DNA of 64,000 bases, taken from the IMG/VR virus record IMGVR_UViG_3300023174_000069; one strand, 5' to 3'. Positions 37,309 to 46,922 of the stretch are shown here, piece after piece. Position 1 is the first letter of the stretch. Each line of letters opens with the position of its first letter. Source of the stretch: an uncultured virus (IMG/VR IMGVR_UViG_3300023174_000069) (lineage: Duplodnaviria; Heunggongvirae; Uroviricota; Caudoviricetes). The position numbers were made by a program, and so were the translations under genes. The notes under the pieces were generated by a model. That model saw only the letters and a program-made list of their open reading frames with translations. It did not search any database and had not been told where the DNA came from.

Positions 37309-39237
37309 ATGAAAAATCTGCCTTCTTTGTATCAAGAGTTTATTCATCTTTCTCGCTATAGTCGATGGTTGCCTGAAGAGGGAAGAAGAGAAACTTGGAC
37401 AGAAACCGTAGATAGATATTTTGTATTTTTTGAAAAACATTTAAAAGAAAGATGCAACTTTGACTTTAAAAAGTCCATTCAAAATGAACTAAAAGATGCT
37501 ATATCAAAATTGGATGTAATGCCATCCATGCGATGTCTGATGACAGCCGGAGAAGCTCTCGAAAGAGATGAAACCGCAGGATATAATTGCTCATTTATTG
37601 CCATAGATAATCCTAGAGCGTTTGACGAAATTTTGTATATTCTTTCATGTGGAACGGGAGTTGGCTTCTCTGTCGAACGTCAATATGTGTCTCAGCTTCC
37701 TGTGATTGCAGAATCTTTTTATGAATCAGACACCACAGTAGTTGTTCAAGATTCAAGAATTGGATGGGCAAAGTCTCTAAAAGAAATTATAGGGTTGCTA
37801 TATCAGGGACAAATACCCAAAATTGATGTTAGTCGAGTCAGACTCGCAGGAACTCCACTAAAAACTTTTGGTGGACGAGCCTCTGGTCCAGAACCTTTAG
37901 TTGCACTTTTTGATTTTTGTGTAAAGACATTCAAAACCGCCGCAGGAAGAAAACTACAATCAATAGAATGTCATGATATTGTATGTAAGATTGCAGAGGT
38001 AATTGTAGTTGGGGGTGTTAGACGATCGGCACTTATTTCTTTGAGCAATCTATCGGATGACAGAATGCGTGCCGCAAAGGGTGGTCAGTGGTGGATTGAA
38101 AACGTTCAACGTGCTCTAGCAAACAACTCGGCTTGCTATACAGAAAAGCCTGATATTGGTATTTTCATGGATGAATGGAAATCTCTCTACGAGTCCAGAT
38201 CTGGTGAGAGAGGTATTTTTAATTTAGTTGCAGCAAAGAAAAGCGCCGAATCTTTAATGTCATTGAATAATAGTCCTAGAAGAGATTCTTCTAAAATTGC
38301 AGGAACAAACCCCTGCGCCGAGATTCTTCTTCGTAATAGAGGATTTTGCAATTTGTCGGAAGTAGTTGTTAGAGCAGAGGATACCAAAGAAACTCTGTTC
38401 AAAAAGGTTGAATACGCCACTATACTCGGAACTATTCAGTCTACTCTTACCAACTTTCGCTATTTAACAAAAGAGTGGCAAAAGAATGCTGAAGAAGAGA
38501 GATTGTTAGGCGTTTCTTTGACTGGAATATTAGATAATCTAATGATGTCAACTCCTAATGAGGATCTAAAAACTCTTTTAACAGAGCTTAGAAATCATGC
38601 AGTAAAGGTAAATGCCAAATGGGCTAAGATGTTGGGAATAGAAATATCTGCATCTATTACTTGTGTTAAGCCCTCAGGTACAGTATCTCAGCTAGTAGAT
38701 AGTGCGTCAGGAATTCATCCTAGACACTCTAGATATTATATTAGAACAGTGCGTTCAGATAACAAAGATCCTCTATGCATACTTATGAAGCAAATGGGGT
38801 TTCCTCACGAGCCTGACGTAACTAAACCGGAACACACTACTGTGTTTTCTTTTCCTGTTGCTTCGCCACAAAATGCTATGTTTAGAGATCAGCTTACAGC
38901 CATTCAGCATCTTGAACTTTGGTTGTTTTATAAAAAACATTGGGCCGAACACACGGTCTCCATAACCATTTCAGTAAAAGAAAATGAATGGTTGGATGTA
39001 GCAGCATTTGTTTATAAAAACTTTGATCAAATTTCTGGAATATCTTTTCTTCCATTTAGTGATCATGTGTACAAGCAAGCTCCTTATCAAGATTGTACTA
39101 AAGACCAGTATTTGGCTTTGTTAGAAAAGATGCCAATGCACGCCGACTGGTCTAATTTACATATATACGAAAAGGAAGATACAACTACTTCCACCCATGA
39201 ACTTGCTTGTAGTTCTGGAAACTGTGAGATTATTTAA
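37309..39237 (+). CDS. nrdJ: Class II (adenosylcobalamin-dependent) ribonucleotide reductase
   Basis: RRETW, PSMR, YNCS, GGVRRSA, TNPCAE, CNLSE, TCVKPSGT, C-terminal CSSGNCE; no adjacent nrdB. Confidence 0.93.
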   Translation: MKNLPSLYQEFIHLSRYSRWLPEEGRRETWTETVDRYFVFFEKHLKERCNFDFKKSIQNELKDAISKLDVMPSMRCLMTAGEALERDETAGYNCSFIAIDNPRAFDEILYILSCGTGVGFSVERQYVSQLPVIAESFYESDTTVVVQDSRIGWAKSLKEIIGLLYQGQIPKIDVSRVRLAGTPLKTFGGRASGPEPLVALFDFCVKTFKTAAGRKLQSIECHDIVCKIAEVIVVGGVRRSALISLSNLSDDRMRAAKGGQWWIENVQRALANNSACYTEKPDIGIFMDEWKSLYESRSGERGIFNLVAAKKSAESLMSLNNSPRRDSSKIAGTNPCAEILLRNRGFCNLSEVVVRAEDTKETLFKKVEYATILGTIQSTLTNFRYLTKEWQKNAEEERLLGVSLTGILDNLMMSTPNEDLKTLLTELRNHAVKVNAKWAKMLGIEISASITCVKPSGTVSQLVDSASGIHPRHSRYYIRTVRSDNKDPLCILMKQMGFPHEPDVTKPEHTTVFSFPVASPQNAMFRDQLTAIQHLELWLFYKKHWAEHTVSITISVKENEWLDVAAFVYKNFDQISGISFLPFSDHVYKQAPYQDCTKDQYLALLEKMPMHADWSNLHIYEKEDTTTSTHELACSSGNCEII

Positions 39238-39473
39238 TGAAAAAAAAGAAACAAACGTGTGTGTGTCATGAGTGTGCAGTAACTATCGAAATAGTAGTGA
39301 CTGGCACACTAACCGGAGATAAACGCTCAAAATTTACTCCTGAAATATGTCCTTTCTGCGGAGATAGTGTTGATTTAGAAGATGATCGTCCATTTTTAAA
39401 AGACTTTGATGATTATGATGATTTTGACGACGACAAATATTACACAGATGAAGATGAGATAGAAGATGACTAA
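39237..39473 (+). CDS. Small zinc-ribbon protein with acidic tail
   Basis: CHEC...CPFCG; D/E-rich C-terminus. Confidence 0.7.
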   Translation: MKKKKQTCVCHECAVTIEIVVTGTLTGDKRSKFTPEICPFCGDSVDLEDDRPFLKDFDDYDDFDDDKYYTDEDEIEDD

Positions 39474-40041
39474 ATGCGTGGTGGGTATAGATTATTCTAT
39501 GTCAAGTCCTAGCATATGTGTTCATCAAGGTGACAACTGGTCTCTGGACAACTGCAAGTTTTTCTTTTTAACTCAAAAAAAGAAATGCACTATGAAAACA
39601 AAAATGTTTCATGGTGACACACAAGTTGTTTACAAAACACAAGAAGAACGATTTGCAAAAATCGCAGCCTGGGCTAGAGACAAGATCCCACTTCACGCTG
39701 AAGTTTTTATTGAAGGTTATGCCTATGCTTCCAAAGGAGTTGTCTTTCATATTGGAGAAAACACAGGTTTGCTAAAGCATAAACTGTGGGAAAAAGACAT
39801 TACATTTGTCGAAGTTTCTCCACCAGCCATTAAGAAGTTTGCCACCAGCAAAGGTAATGCCAACAAAATGGTAATGTACGAGAGCTTTATTGCAGAAACA
39901 CATCTTGATATCTCATCGATAATTCCCTGTAATGAGGGTGACTCTCCTATGTCAGATATTATAGACTCATATTTTGTAGCCAAGTATGGATTTGACAAAA
40001 CGTTTGGAAGAGCTTCCAATCAAAAAACTGCAAAGGGATAG
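39466..40041 (+). CDS. RuvC-like nuclease / Holliday junction resolvase
   Basis: VGIDYS, FIEGY, P..IKKFAT.KGNA.K, DIIDS. Confidence 0.85.
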   Translation: MTKCVVGIDYSMSSPSICVHQGDNWSLDNCKFFFLTQKKKCTMKTKMFHGDTQVVYKTQEERFAKIAAWARDKIPLHAEVFIEGYAYASKGVVFHIGENTGLLKHKLWEKDITFVEVSPPAIKKFATSKGNANKMVMYESFIAETHLDISSIIPCNEGDSPMSDIIDSYFVAKYGFDKTFGRASNQKTAKG

Positions 40042-40093
40042 CTCAGAGTATAGCTCCTGCAGGAAAATCGATCCTAATTGATTTTTAAAAAGT

Positions 40094-40106
40094 TAAGTTA
40101 TTGATT
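40094..40106 (-). promoter_or_regulatory. IHF-consensus site
   Basis: Reverse strand AATCAATAACTTA = WATCAANNNNTTR; same 12-mer core as 8132. Confidence 0.5.
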
Positions 40107-40134
40107 TTATTAAATAAAAAAATAGACTTTTTTA

Positions 40135-40163
40135 TTGTCTCTGAGACGATAATGCTGTAAACT
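40135..40163 (+). promoter_or_regulatory. Sigma70-type promoter
   Basis: TTGTCT-17-TAAACT. Confidence 0.6.
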
Positions 40164-40198
40164 TAGTATCAGATAAATCATATTCTTTTTGGATTGAT

Positions 40199-41323
40199 AT
40201 GAAACAAACATCTTCACGCACTCGTGCACCAAAAATCAATGACTATGAACCCAGATGGAAAGCAGATGATGGTGATTCTCAGTTGGCTTTGATGCTAACT
40301 TGGTATGGCTATAATAAAACTTCAGAAGATGCTAAAAAATATTTTATAGAATTTCTAAAGAGTGAAGGCGAATCTGTCGATCTTTTGAACAAGATTGCCA
40401 AAACTGATAATATTCCATTTACCAATACAATAGGTTGGTTGTGTAGAATTAAAGTTATAAATGGTGATTTAGTTCCTTCAAAGTATAACAAACACATAGA
40501 AGAAACAAAAAATAAAATTGTAGCTGTTTTTGCCGAAAAGACTTCCTCATCCGATGATACTACACATACAGTAAGTGTTACTAATAAACCCAGTGTTCAA
40601 GATCATTTACAGCATCAATTAAGAGAATATTTGGGTGAAATTGACGAAAAGATTGATCAGTTTTTAGCTAGTAAGTGTAAAAAGACTTTTGATGTATATG
40701 ATTGGTTAAAAACAAAGAATATAAAGCACACACAAGCCAATAATATTGGTAAGTATTTTTCTGATACGGTGTTACCAGAACTTCAAGAAGCCATTTCGGG
40801 CGAGTGTGAGCAACTAAAAGAAGGCTATTCATTTCTTTCAAAAAAGCAACTGAAGGAGTATGCACAGTTTGTAGAACAGATAGTTTCCGATACTGCTCGC
40901 TGGTGTGATGTTGCAAAACAAATATCGCTTAACAATAGAGCACCTAGAGCTAAGAAACCAAAGCCTGCAATAAAGCAGGTGGCTAAGTTAAACTTTTTGC
41001 GAGAGCACGAAAATCTCAAGAGTATCCCACCCACACAAATTTGTGGAGCAACGCAGCTTTGGATCTATAACACCAAATATAAGACACTGGGTCTTTATGT
41101 GTGTAATAATGCTCATGGCTTTTCTGTCAAGGGATCAACTATCTTAAATTTTGATGCGGCAGATTCCATTGCCAAAAAGCTAAGAAAACCAGAAGAAATT
41201 ATACCAAAAGTATTAGAAGCCGGTAAGGTAGCTTTGCGTAAAATACTTCCTGGTATCAGAGCTAAGGATAAAAAATTGACTGGAAGAATTAATAGAGATA
41301 CTATACTTTTAAAAGCATTGTAG
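40199..41323 (+). CDS. Conserved T4-like hypothetical protein
   Basis: C-terminal GATQLWIYNTK...VKGSTI...KLRKP...GRIN motif typical of T4-like phages. Confidence 0.7.
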   Translation: MKQTSSRTRAPKINDYEPRWKADDGDSQLALMLTWYGYNKTSEDAKKYFIEFLKSEGESVDLLNKIAKTDNIPFTNTIGWLCRIKVINGDLVPSKYNKHIEETKNKIVAVFAEKTSSSDDTTHTVSVTNKPSVQDHLQHQLREYLGEIDEKIDQFLASKCKKTFDVYDWLKTKNIKHTQANNIGKYFSDTVLPELQEAISGECEQLKEGYSFLSKKQLKEYAQFVEQIVSDTARWCDVAKQISLNNRAPRAKKPKPAIKQVAKLNFLREHENLKSIPPTQICGATQLWIYNTKYKTLGLYVCNNAHGFSVKGSTILNFDAADSIAKKLRKPEEIIPKVLEAGKVALRKILPGIRAKDKKLTGRINRDTILLKAL

Positions 41324-41324
41324 T

Positions 41325-42695
41325 ATGACGACTATATTTTTTGACTTAGAAACCACAGATTTAAATCCTGTGGGACAAATATTAAATTATGCATTTGTAG
41401 AAGTTGATGACAACTGGAATATTAAATCTTGTTTAAGAGATAAGATTAAACTTTCTAGACTTCAGCTTCCTTCTCCATATGCTATAGTTGCATCAAAAAC
41501 GGATATTCTTGCACACTGTCAAGAAGCTCGTGATGCTGAACATATCGCTATGGCTAAAATTCAAAAGTATCTCCAAGATATTGTTGAGTGGACTGAAACT
41601 AGATTGGTTGGGTACAATTCAAACACTTTTGATGTACCATTTCTACGAACAAGTATGATTAGAAATGGACTTAATCCATATTTTGGTGGTTCTATAAAAT
41701 ATGGTGATGTGCTTCATGTTGTAAAACGATTGGCTTGTGATAGACCCGACTTTTACGAAAAATTAGAAAAGAAAGAAAGTGGAAAACCTAGCTTTAAATT
41801 AGAGTCAGTAGCAAAGTCGCTAGGCATAATGGAAAAAGATGCCACGCAAGATCATGAATCGTTATCAGATGTGTTACTAACGATCAAATTGGCCGAACAC
41901 TTACATAAAAATTATGGAATAGATGTAAGAACTTATAGCTCATATGAGATTGGCAAAAATAATTTTGATGTAGTAAAGGTTTTTCCTTTTGTAGATCAAA
42001 ACAATCAGAAAATTTCTGATGAATATTGCTACATGGCTCTACTAGAGCAAAATAAAACACAAGCTCTTTGGATAAATCTTAAAAAGTTTGAGGATGGATT
42101 GGGGAAAAAAGCTATATCTTGGTATAATAAGAATACTTCTCCATTTTTTGTAGAAAAAGTTATTAGAGGAGATGATCACAAGAAGCGTGCCGCAACTGCA
42201 AGAGTTGGATTATCGGATATTAATATAGAAAATTTCTGGCCCGATAAAAACTGTGATATAGAACAGTTTGTTTACATGATGCCTATAGGACATATAACAT
42301 CACTATACGATGCTATTTGGAGAAAAGACTTGTTTTTAATTAAAGAAACCAAAAGCAAGTTTGCCAGTCAGCTTTATCTTAGATTCTTGATGAATAATGC
42401 AGACGTAGATCAGGTAGAAAATCAAATTAAAGAATATGCCAAATATAGATATGGTGGAAAACTAAAGACCGATAAGGAGAACTTTGATGCAAAATATCAA
42501 GAAGGAGTATACAGCGAGAGTTTTCATACAACATACAATGAGTTGCTTGCTCAAATAGATGAGTTAAGCAAAAAGCCTGAGAATGCTCATTTGATGAAAC
42601 AACTGAAGAAATTTTATGATAGCAGTATTATAACCAGTCTGGCTGAAGATGACTTGTCAGTTATTAACAGAGTTAAGATAGATGAAAAAAATTAG
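41325..42695 (+). CDS. Exonuclease I (SbcB)-like DEDDh 3'-5' exonuclease
   Basis: FDLETT, LPSP.A, GYNSNTFD, SFKLE, HESLSDV. Confidence 0.82.
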   Translation: MTTIFFDLETTDLNPVGQILNYAFVEVDDNWNIKSCLRDKIKLSRLQLPSPYAIVASKTDILAHCQEARDAEHIAMAKIQKYLQDIVEWTETRLVGYNSNTFDVPFLRTSMIRNGLNPYFGGSIKYGDVLHVVKRLACDRPDFYEKLEKKESGKPSFKLESVAKSLGIMEKDATQDHESLSDVLLTIKLAEHLHKNYGIDVRTYSSYEIGKNNFDVVKVFPFVDQNNQKISDEYCYMALLEQNKTQALWINLKKFEDGLGKKAISWYNKNTSPFFVEKVIRGDDHKKRAATARVGLSDINIENFWPDKNCDIEQFVYMMPIGHITSLYDAIWRKDLFLIKETKSKFASQLYLRFLMNNADVDQVENQIKEYAKYRYGGKLKTDKENFDAKYQEGVYSESFHTTYNELLAQIDELSKKPENAHLMKQLKKFYDSSIITSLAEDDLSVINRVKIDEKN

Positions 42696-42996
42696 TGAAC
42701 TTTTAAAAGCAATATTTTCTGTTCTTGGTAAAAAGTCCAAGCTGGACAATTTTACATACAGAAAAAGCAACTTAATTGTTCAGTTAGATTTTTTGATAGA
42801 CACATTGAACATGAATAAAATGGATCTCATGTATATGGAAAATTTAAAGATGCCATTGACTTCAGATCAGAAAGTATATTTTATTCAGCAGATAGATAGA
42901 ATCAATAGTGCTATTAAGATTCTACTTTGGTTTAGAGAGAATGTTAGAGCAAATGAAAGATTTTGGACTAAATTTTTTAATTGGACTAGAATATGA
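42682..42996 (+). CDS. Hypothetical protein
   Basis: Overlapping ORF in operon. Confidence 0.55.
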   Translation: MKKISELLKAIFSVLGKKSKLDNFTYRKSNLIVQLDFLIDTLNMNKMDLMYMENLKMPLTSDQKVYFIQQIDRINSAIKILLWFRENVRANERFWTKFFNWTRI

Positions 42997-43223
42997 GTTT
43001 TATAGTAACCGTCGTTTGCACATTTTTGGCCTTTTTGTTAGGACGAACTTCAGCAAAAATAGAAAATCAGATTGTTTTTAGAGATCAACTAATCATAATT
43101 ATAGACGCCATAATAAAAGTTGATCAGCTATTGTCCTTTAAGGGTCAATCAATCAAAGATTTGAAAATTGTAGAAGTGGTTAATAAAGTGACCGAACAAC
43201 TCGATTTAAAGAACAAGCAATAG
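42993..43223 (+). CDS. Small membrane-anchored protein
   Basis: N-terminal hydrophobic helix; ATGA overlap. Confidence 0.55.
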   Translation: MSFIVTVVCTFLAFLLGRTSAKIENQIVFRDQLIIIIDAIIKVDQLLSFKGQSIKDLKIVEVVNKVTEQLDLKNKQ

Positions 43224-43224
43224 T

Positions 43225-43344
43225 ATGCAATTTTTGTTATTATTTCTATTTGTGCTTTATACTATCATGATATTCTCTTGTGGAGTAATTGTAGGTTACG
43301 AAAAAGCCATAAATGATATGAAAAAGGTTCGAAATAGAAAATGA
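43225..43344 (+). CDS. Putative 39-aa single-TM protein
   Basis: MQFLLLFLFVLYTIMIFSCGVIVGYEKAINDMKKVRNRK*; stop overlaps the ung ATG (ATGA). Confidence 0.55.
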   Translation: MQFLLLFLFVLYTIMIFSCGVIVGYEKAINDMKKVRNRK

Positions 43345-43982
43345 CCTGGGAAGATTTGCTTTCAGAAGAAATAAAAAAATCATATTTTTTGGAATTAGCA
43401 GCAGCAATAAAACAAAAGTCAGATGTATGTCCATCTAAACAAGATATGTTTAGAGCGTTAGAGCTTGTGAAGTTTGATGAAATCACTGTCGTAATTATAG
43501 GACAAGATCCCTATCACGGAGAAGCTCAAGCAAATGGTTTGGCATTTTCTGTCAATAAAGATCAGAGCATACCACCCTCGCTGAGAAATATCTTTAAGGA
43601 AATAGAAACAGATGTTTCTATAAAAAATAATTGTGGAGATTTAACACATTGGGCAAAGCAAGGAGTGTTGTTATTAAACAGCATTTTGACGGTAACTAAA
43701 GATCATCCCGGCTCTCATGCAAATTTAGGATGGGAAAAATTTACTAATAAAATTATACTGGACATTTCCACACATTTAAATGATGTGGTTTTTCTTCTGT
43801 GGGGTGCGTATGCTCGATCTAAAAATTCATTGATAGATAGTAATAAGCATCTAATATTAGAAAGTCCACATCCTTCTCCCTTATCAGCACATACGGGATT
43901 TTTAGGAGGTAAACACTTTTCTAGGACGAATGAGTTTTTAAATTCTAAAGGTAAAGCCGTAATTGATTGGAGAACCATATGA
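43341..43982 (+). CDS. ung: Uracil-DNA glycosylase, family 1
   Basis: GQDPYH, GLAFS, PPSLRNIF, GVLLLN, HPSPLS. Confidence 0.96.
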   Translation: MTWEDLLSEEIKKSYFLELAAAIKQKSDVCPSKQDMFRALELVKFDEITVVIIGQDPYHGEAQANGLAFSVNKDQSIPPSLRNIFKEIETDVSIKNNCGDLTHWAKQGVLLLNSILTVTKDHPGSHANLGWEKFTNKIILDISTHLNDVVFLLWGAYARSKNSLIDSNKHLILESPHPSPLSAHTGFLGGKHFSRTNEFLNSKGKAVIDWRTI

Positions 43983-44233
43983 TAGAGTATTTTGTGTTTT
44001 TTGTTGTCATCTCGCTTAATTTTTTGTTAGGTCTTTCCTCAGGGTTCTTGATTGCCATGAGAAGAAAAATCTATGTAAAAGAAGAAACAGAAAAGGAAAT
44101 ATACTGTCATGGATTTGAGTCTGGCATTTATTATACTTTGGATGAATATTGTCCAGAAATGTTTCGAGTAGAAATTGCCGAAGATTCTTACAAAGAATAC
44201 AAAGCCATAAAGTATGGTCCAGAAAAGCACTAA
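43979..44233 (+). CDS. Small membrane-anchored protein
   Basis: N-terminal TM helix. Confidence 0.55.
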   Translation: MIEYFVFFVVISLNFLLGLSSGFLIAMRRKIYVKEETEKEIYCHGFESGIYYTLDEYCPEMFRVEIAEDSYKEYKAIKYGPEKH

Positions 44234-44237
44234 TAGC

Positions 44238-44266
44238 TTGTCTTTAATTTTTAGCTGTGTTATAAT
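44238..44266 (+). promoter_or_regulatory. Sigma70-type promoter of rnh (leaderless)
   Basis: TTGTCT-17-TATAAT; ATG 6 nt downstream. Confidence 0.75.
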
Positions 44267-44272
44267 AATAGA

Positions 44273-45160
44273 ATGATATTAATCGACTTCAATCAAACAC
44301 TTATCTCCAATCTGATGTCTCAGATTAGCTCAAACCCAAATGCTGAGTTGTCAGAAAATCTAATCAGACACATGGTTTTGTCATCAATTCTTTCATATAA
44401 GAAAAAGTTTGGTGACAAATATGGTAAAATGGTATTTTGTGCTGATGACAAGAAATATTGGAGAAAAGAAGTATTTCCCTACTACAAAGCCAATAGAAAG
44501 AAAATGCGTGAACAATCTAAGTTTGATTGGAATTTAATTTTCAACACTCTTAATAAGATTCGAGATGAAATTAGAGATAAGTTTCCTTATCAGGTTCTTC
44601 AGGTAGAAGGTGCAGAAGCCGATGATATCATAGCCACTATGGTTAAATATTCTCAGACACATGAGTTGTTATCAAATTCATTAGACCCATCTCCTCAAGA
44701 TGTTTTGATACTATCTGGTGATAAAGACTTCGTTCAGTTACAGAAATATTCTAATGTAAAGCAGTTTTCTCCTATGCAAAAGAAGTTTTTAACTACTGAT
44801 GACCCACATAGAACTTTGCTAGAGCATATTTTGACTGGTGATTCCGGTGATGGTATACCCAATTTTTTATCTAACGATTCTGTATTTGTGACAGAGGGAG
44901 AAAGACAGAAGCCTATCAGAAAGGATAAGTTGGATTTGTGGCTAGCTGCTGTCGATCCAGAAAAATTCTGCGATGACACTATGCTAAGAAATTTTAAGCG
45001 CAACGAACTTTTAATTAATTTGGATAACACACCCGAACACATTCAATCAAAAATTATAGACTGTTATCAAAAAGGCCCAACAGGAGACAAGCGAAATTTA
45101 CTAAATTATTTTGTAGAGAATAAATTGAAATACTTGTTGGAAAGTATTTCAGAGTTTTGA
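44273..45160 (+). CDS. rnh: T4-type RNase H / 5'-3' exonuclease
   Basis: LIDFNQ, YWRK..FPYYKANR, EADD, SGDKDFVQL, GDSGDGIPN. Confidence 0.95.
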   Translation: MILIDFNQTLISNLMSQISSNPNAELSENLIRHMVLSSILSYKKKFGDKYGKMVFCADDKKYWRKEVFPYYKANRKKMREQSKFDWNLIFNTLNKIRDEIRDKFPYQVLQVEGAEADDIIATMVKYSQTHELLSNSLDPSPQDVLILSGDKDFVQLQKYSNVKQFSPMQKKFLTTDDPHRTLLEHILTGDSGDGIPNFLSNDSVFVTEGERQKPIRKDKLDLWLAAVDPEKFCDDTMLRNFKRNELLINLDNTPEHIQSKIIDCYQKGPTGDKRNLLNYFVENKLKYLLESISEF

Positions 45161-45169
45161 GGAATAACT

Positions 45170-45673
45170 ATGAGCGAAATGAGCATAGCTGAAGTTGTGG
45201 ATAAACTTGAAAAAGCAAGAACCAAGTCTGAACGACTTGATATATTGAAAGCTAATGATTGTGGTGCCCTTAGAGGCATTTTAAGAATGAATTTTGATGC
45301 TTCTCTTAAACTTGCTTTACCTGAGGGAACTCCACCTTTCAAGAAATCTGCCTCTCCCGTGGGTTTTGGTGACACAACGCTAAAAGCCAGCGCAAAGGGA
45401 TGGTATGTTTTTTCTAAAGAGCTTGCTCCTTCATTGACGCAGACTAAAAGAGAGAGTATTTTTATAAGTCTTTTGGAAAAATTGGATGCAAGAGAAGCAG
45501 AAATTTTGCTAAGTGCTAAAGATAAAAAACTAGATTTGGGGTTGACCAAAAAATTAATAGATGAGGTTTTTCCTGGTCTAATTCGCAGCGAGAGTACAAA
45601 AAATGGCGGTAAAAAAGAGTCAGCAAAAACCACAAACACCAGCTCCACTAAGAGCGATGGTGAAAGTGTATGA
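45170..45673 (+). CDS. Conserved T4-like hypothetical protein
   Basis: LPEGTPPF...KRESIFISLLE.L...EAEIL...KDK. Confidence 0.7.
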   Translation: MSEMSIAEVVDKLEKARTKSERLDILKANDCGALRGILRMNFDASLKLALPEGTPPFKKSASPVGFGDTTLKASAKGWYVFSKELAPSLTQTKRESIFISLLEKLDAREAEILLSAKDKKLDLGLTKKLIDEVFPGLIRSESTKNGGKKESAKTTNTSSTKSDGESV

Positions 45674-45863
45674 GCTTGTACTAACCTTTGACACCAACAA
45701 GCCCAACGAGCAAATTGAAGACGAGACTAACGAACTCATCGACAAGATAAATCAACTGTTGGCTAAAACTATAAAAGATTCTTTACCACAGATCTTTAAA
45801 GATAAGCAAAGAAAATCCAAGATTGCCATAATACCCATAAAACCAGAAGATTTGGAAGATTAG
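45603..45863 (+). CDS. Hypothetical protein
   Basis: 86 aa ORF overlapping the upstream gene end. Confidence 0.5.
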   Translation: MAVKKSQQKPQTPAPLRAMVKVYELVLTFDTNKPNEQIEDETNELIDKINQLLAKTIKDSLPQIFKDKQRKSKIAIIPIKPEDLED

Positions 45864-45918
45864 ATTGATCTAAAGAACCTTGAATGTCTAAATAAAGATT
45901 TAGACACGAGGAAGTTGA

Positions 45919-46635
45919 GTGAGAACCAATAATAAGAACCTAAAAAAAGTAGTAAAAATCCTAAAAGCTGGATTAAAAGTTGGTAAAGTAATACTGTTCT
46001 CAACATATCATCTTATAGTATTTACTTTGGCGAGTACGTTTGTTTTAAGCGTAATTTATCAACCTCAAATAGAGTTGTTTAGAGGAGAAGGTATTCCGGG
46101 ACAAGGAAATGATCCTCAATCAACATATATGATTCATGAGTTATTTCCTCACGCCTCATGGAATGATCTTGAGCCATGCGGGTTGCACTTTGATGAGCAA
46201 AAAGAATTTAATACTGCACTACAGTGTGTTAATCAAAATGTTTGGCCTCAGTCGCCAATAGTTGAAGAAACTGTAACGCATTTGCCCAGATGTTTTATAG
46301 TAAAAGCTAAAACTGTAGATGTTTACACTAAACCTCAAATAGGGTTTAATTTTATTCCTATTTTTGAAGCCACTCCTATGGGGATACAAGTAGGTGCTGT
46401 AGTTGGAGTCTATCAACCCGAAACTAGAACAGTTTATATAATAGAGAATGTTGATGCACCTATGATATATCGTCATGAGCTTCAGCATTATTTTCTTCAT
46501 GCTCACAACCCTGAGACTGGTGGTGGTGGACATCATCAGGAAATATGGCAAAAGTGCGAACCACCTTACTACGAACCTTCAGATAAAGTAAAGGCTGGTG
46601 TGAAACCAGCCCCTACAAAAACTCCGTCTAAGTAG
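45919..46635 (+). CDS. Membrane-anchored zincin-like metallopeptidase
   Basis: Basic N-terminus plus TM helix; GVY, RHELQHY...GHH; GAGG RBS; TCTAAATA upstream. Confidence 0.6.
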   Translation: MRTNNKNLKKVVKILKAGLKVGKVILFSTYHLIVFTLASTFVLSVIYQPQIELFRGEGIPGQGNDPQSTYMIHELFPHASWNDLEPCGLHFDEQKEFNTALQCVNQNVWPQSPIVEETVTHLPRCFIVKAKTVDVYTKPQIGFNFIPIFEATPMGIQVGAVVGVYQPETRTVYIIENVDAPMIYRHELQHYFLHAHNPETGGGGHHQEIWQKCEPPYYEPSDKVKAGVKPAPTKTPSK

Positions 46636-46652
46636 TTTTACTTAGATTTTTT
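46627..46652 (+). terminator. Intrinsic terminator between convergent genes
   Basis: TCTAAGTA-gttt-TACTTAGA followed by T6. Confidence 0.6.
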
Positions 46653-46784
46653 GGATGTATTTTTCTTGGCTTTCTTGGGTGCAGATACTGGAAGAGGCCC
46701 AGCCTTGCAAGACTCTACGCTCTTTAGACCAAGCGCAACTAGCAATCGACATACCAAACACTTAACTTTCTTTTTAATACTCAT
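46638..46784 (-). CDS. Small basic 48-aa protein, probably late
   Basis: MSIKKKVKCLVCRLLVALGLKSVESCKAGPLPVSAPKKAKKNTSKKSK*; AGGTG RBS; CATAAATA at 46827-46820 on minus strand. Confidence 0.6.
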   Translation of the reverse strand: MSIKKKVKCLVCRLLVALGLKSVESCKAGPLPVSAPKKAKKNTSKKSK

Positions 46785-46922
46785 AATTAACACCTATAAA
46801 AGTTGTTTACGCATATTTCTATTTATGTTATATTAATAGTGTTGAATATGAACTTATTCCAACATAATTTTTATGACATAAATAAATCTGTGTGGATTTA
46901 TCAATTTATAGTGGAGAAAATA

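Noticed and set aside
13170..43982. Uracil-substituted genome
   Set aside because: The phage encodes both dUTPase and a family-1 UNG, which is incompatible with dU-DNA.
45885..45906. Hairpin TGTCTAAAT/ATTTAGACA over a late-type promoter as an RBS-sequestering switch
   Set aside because: The stem ends before the GAGG RBS, so it does not clearly occlude it.
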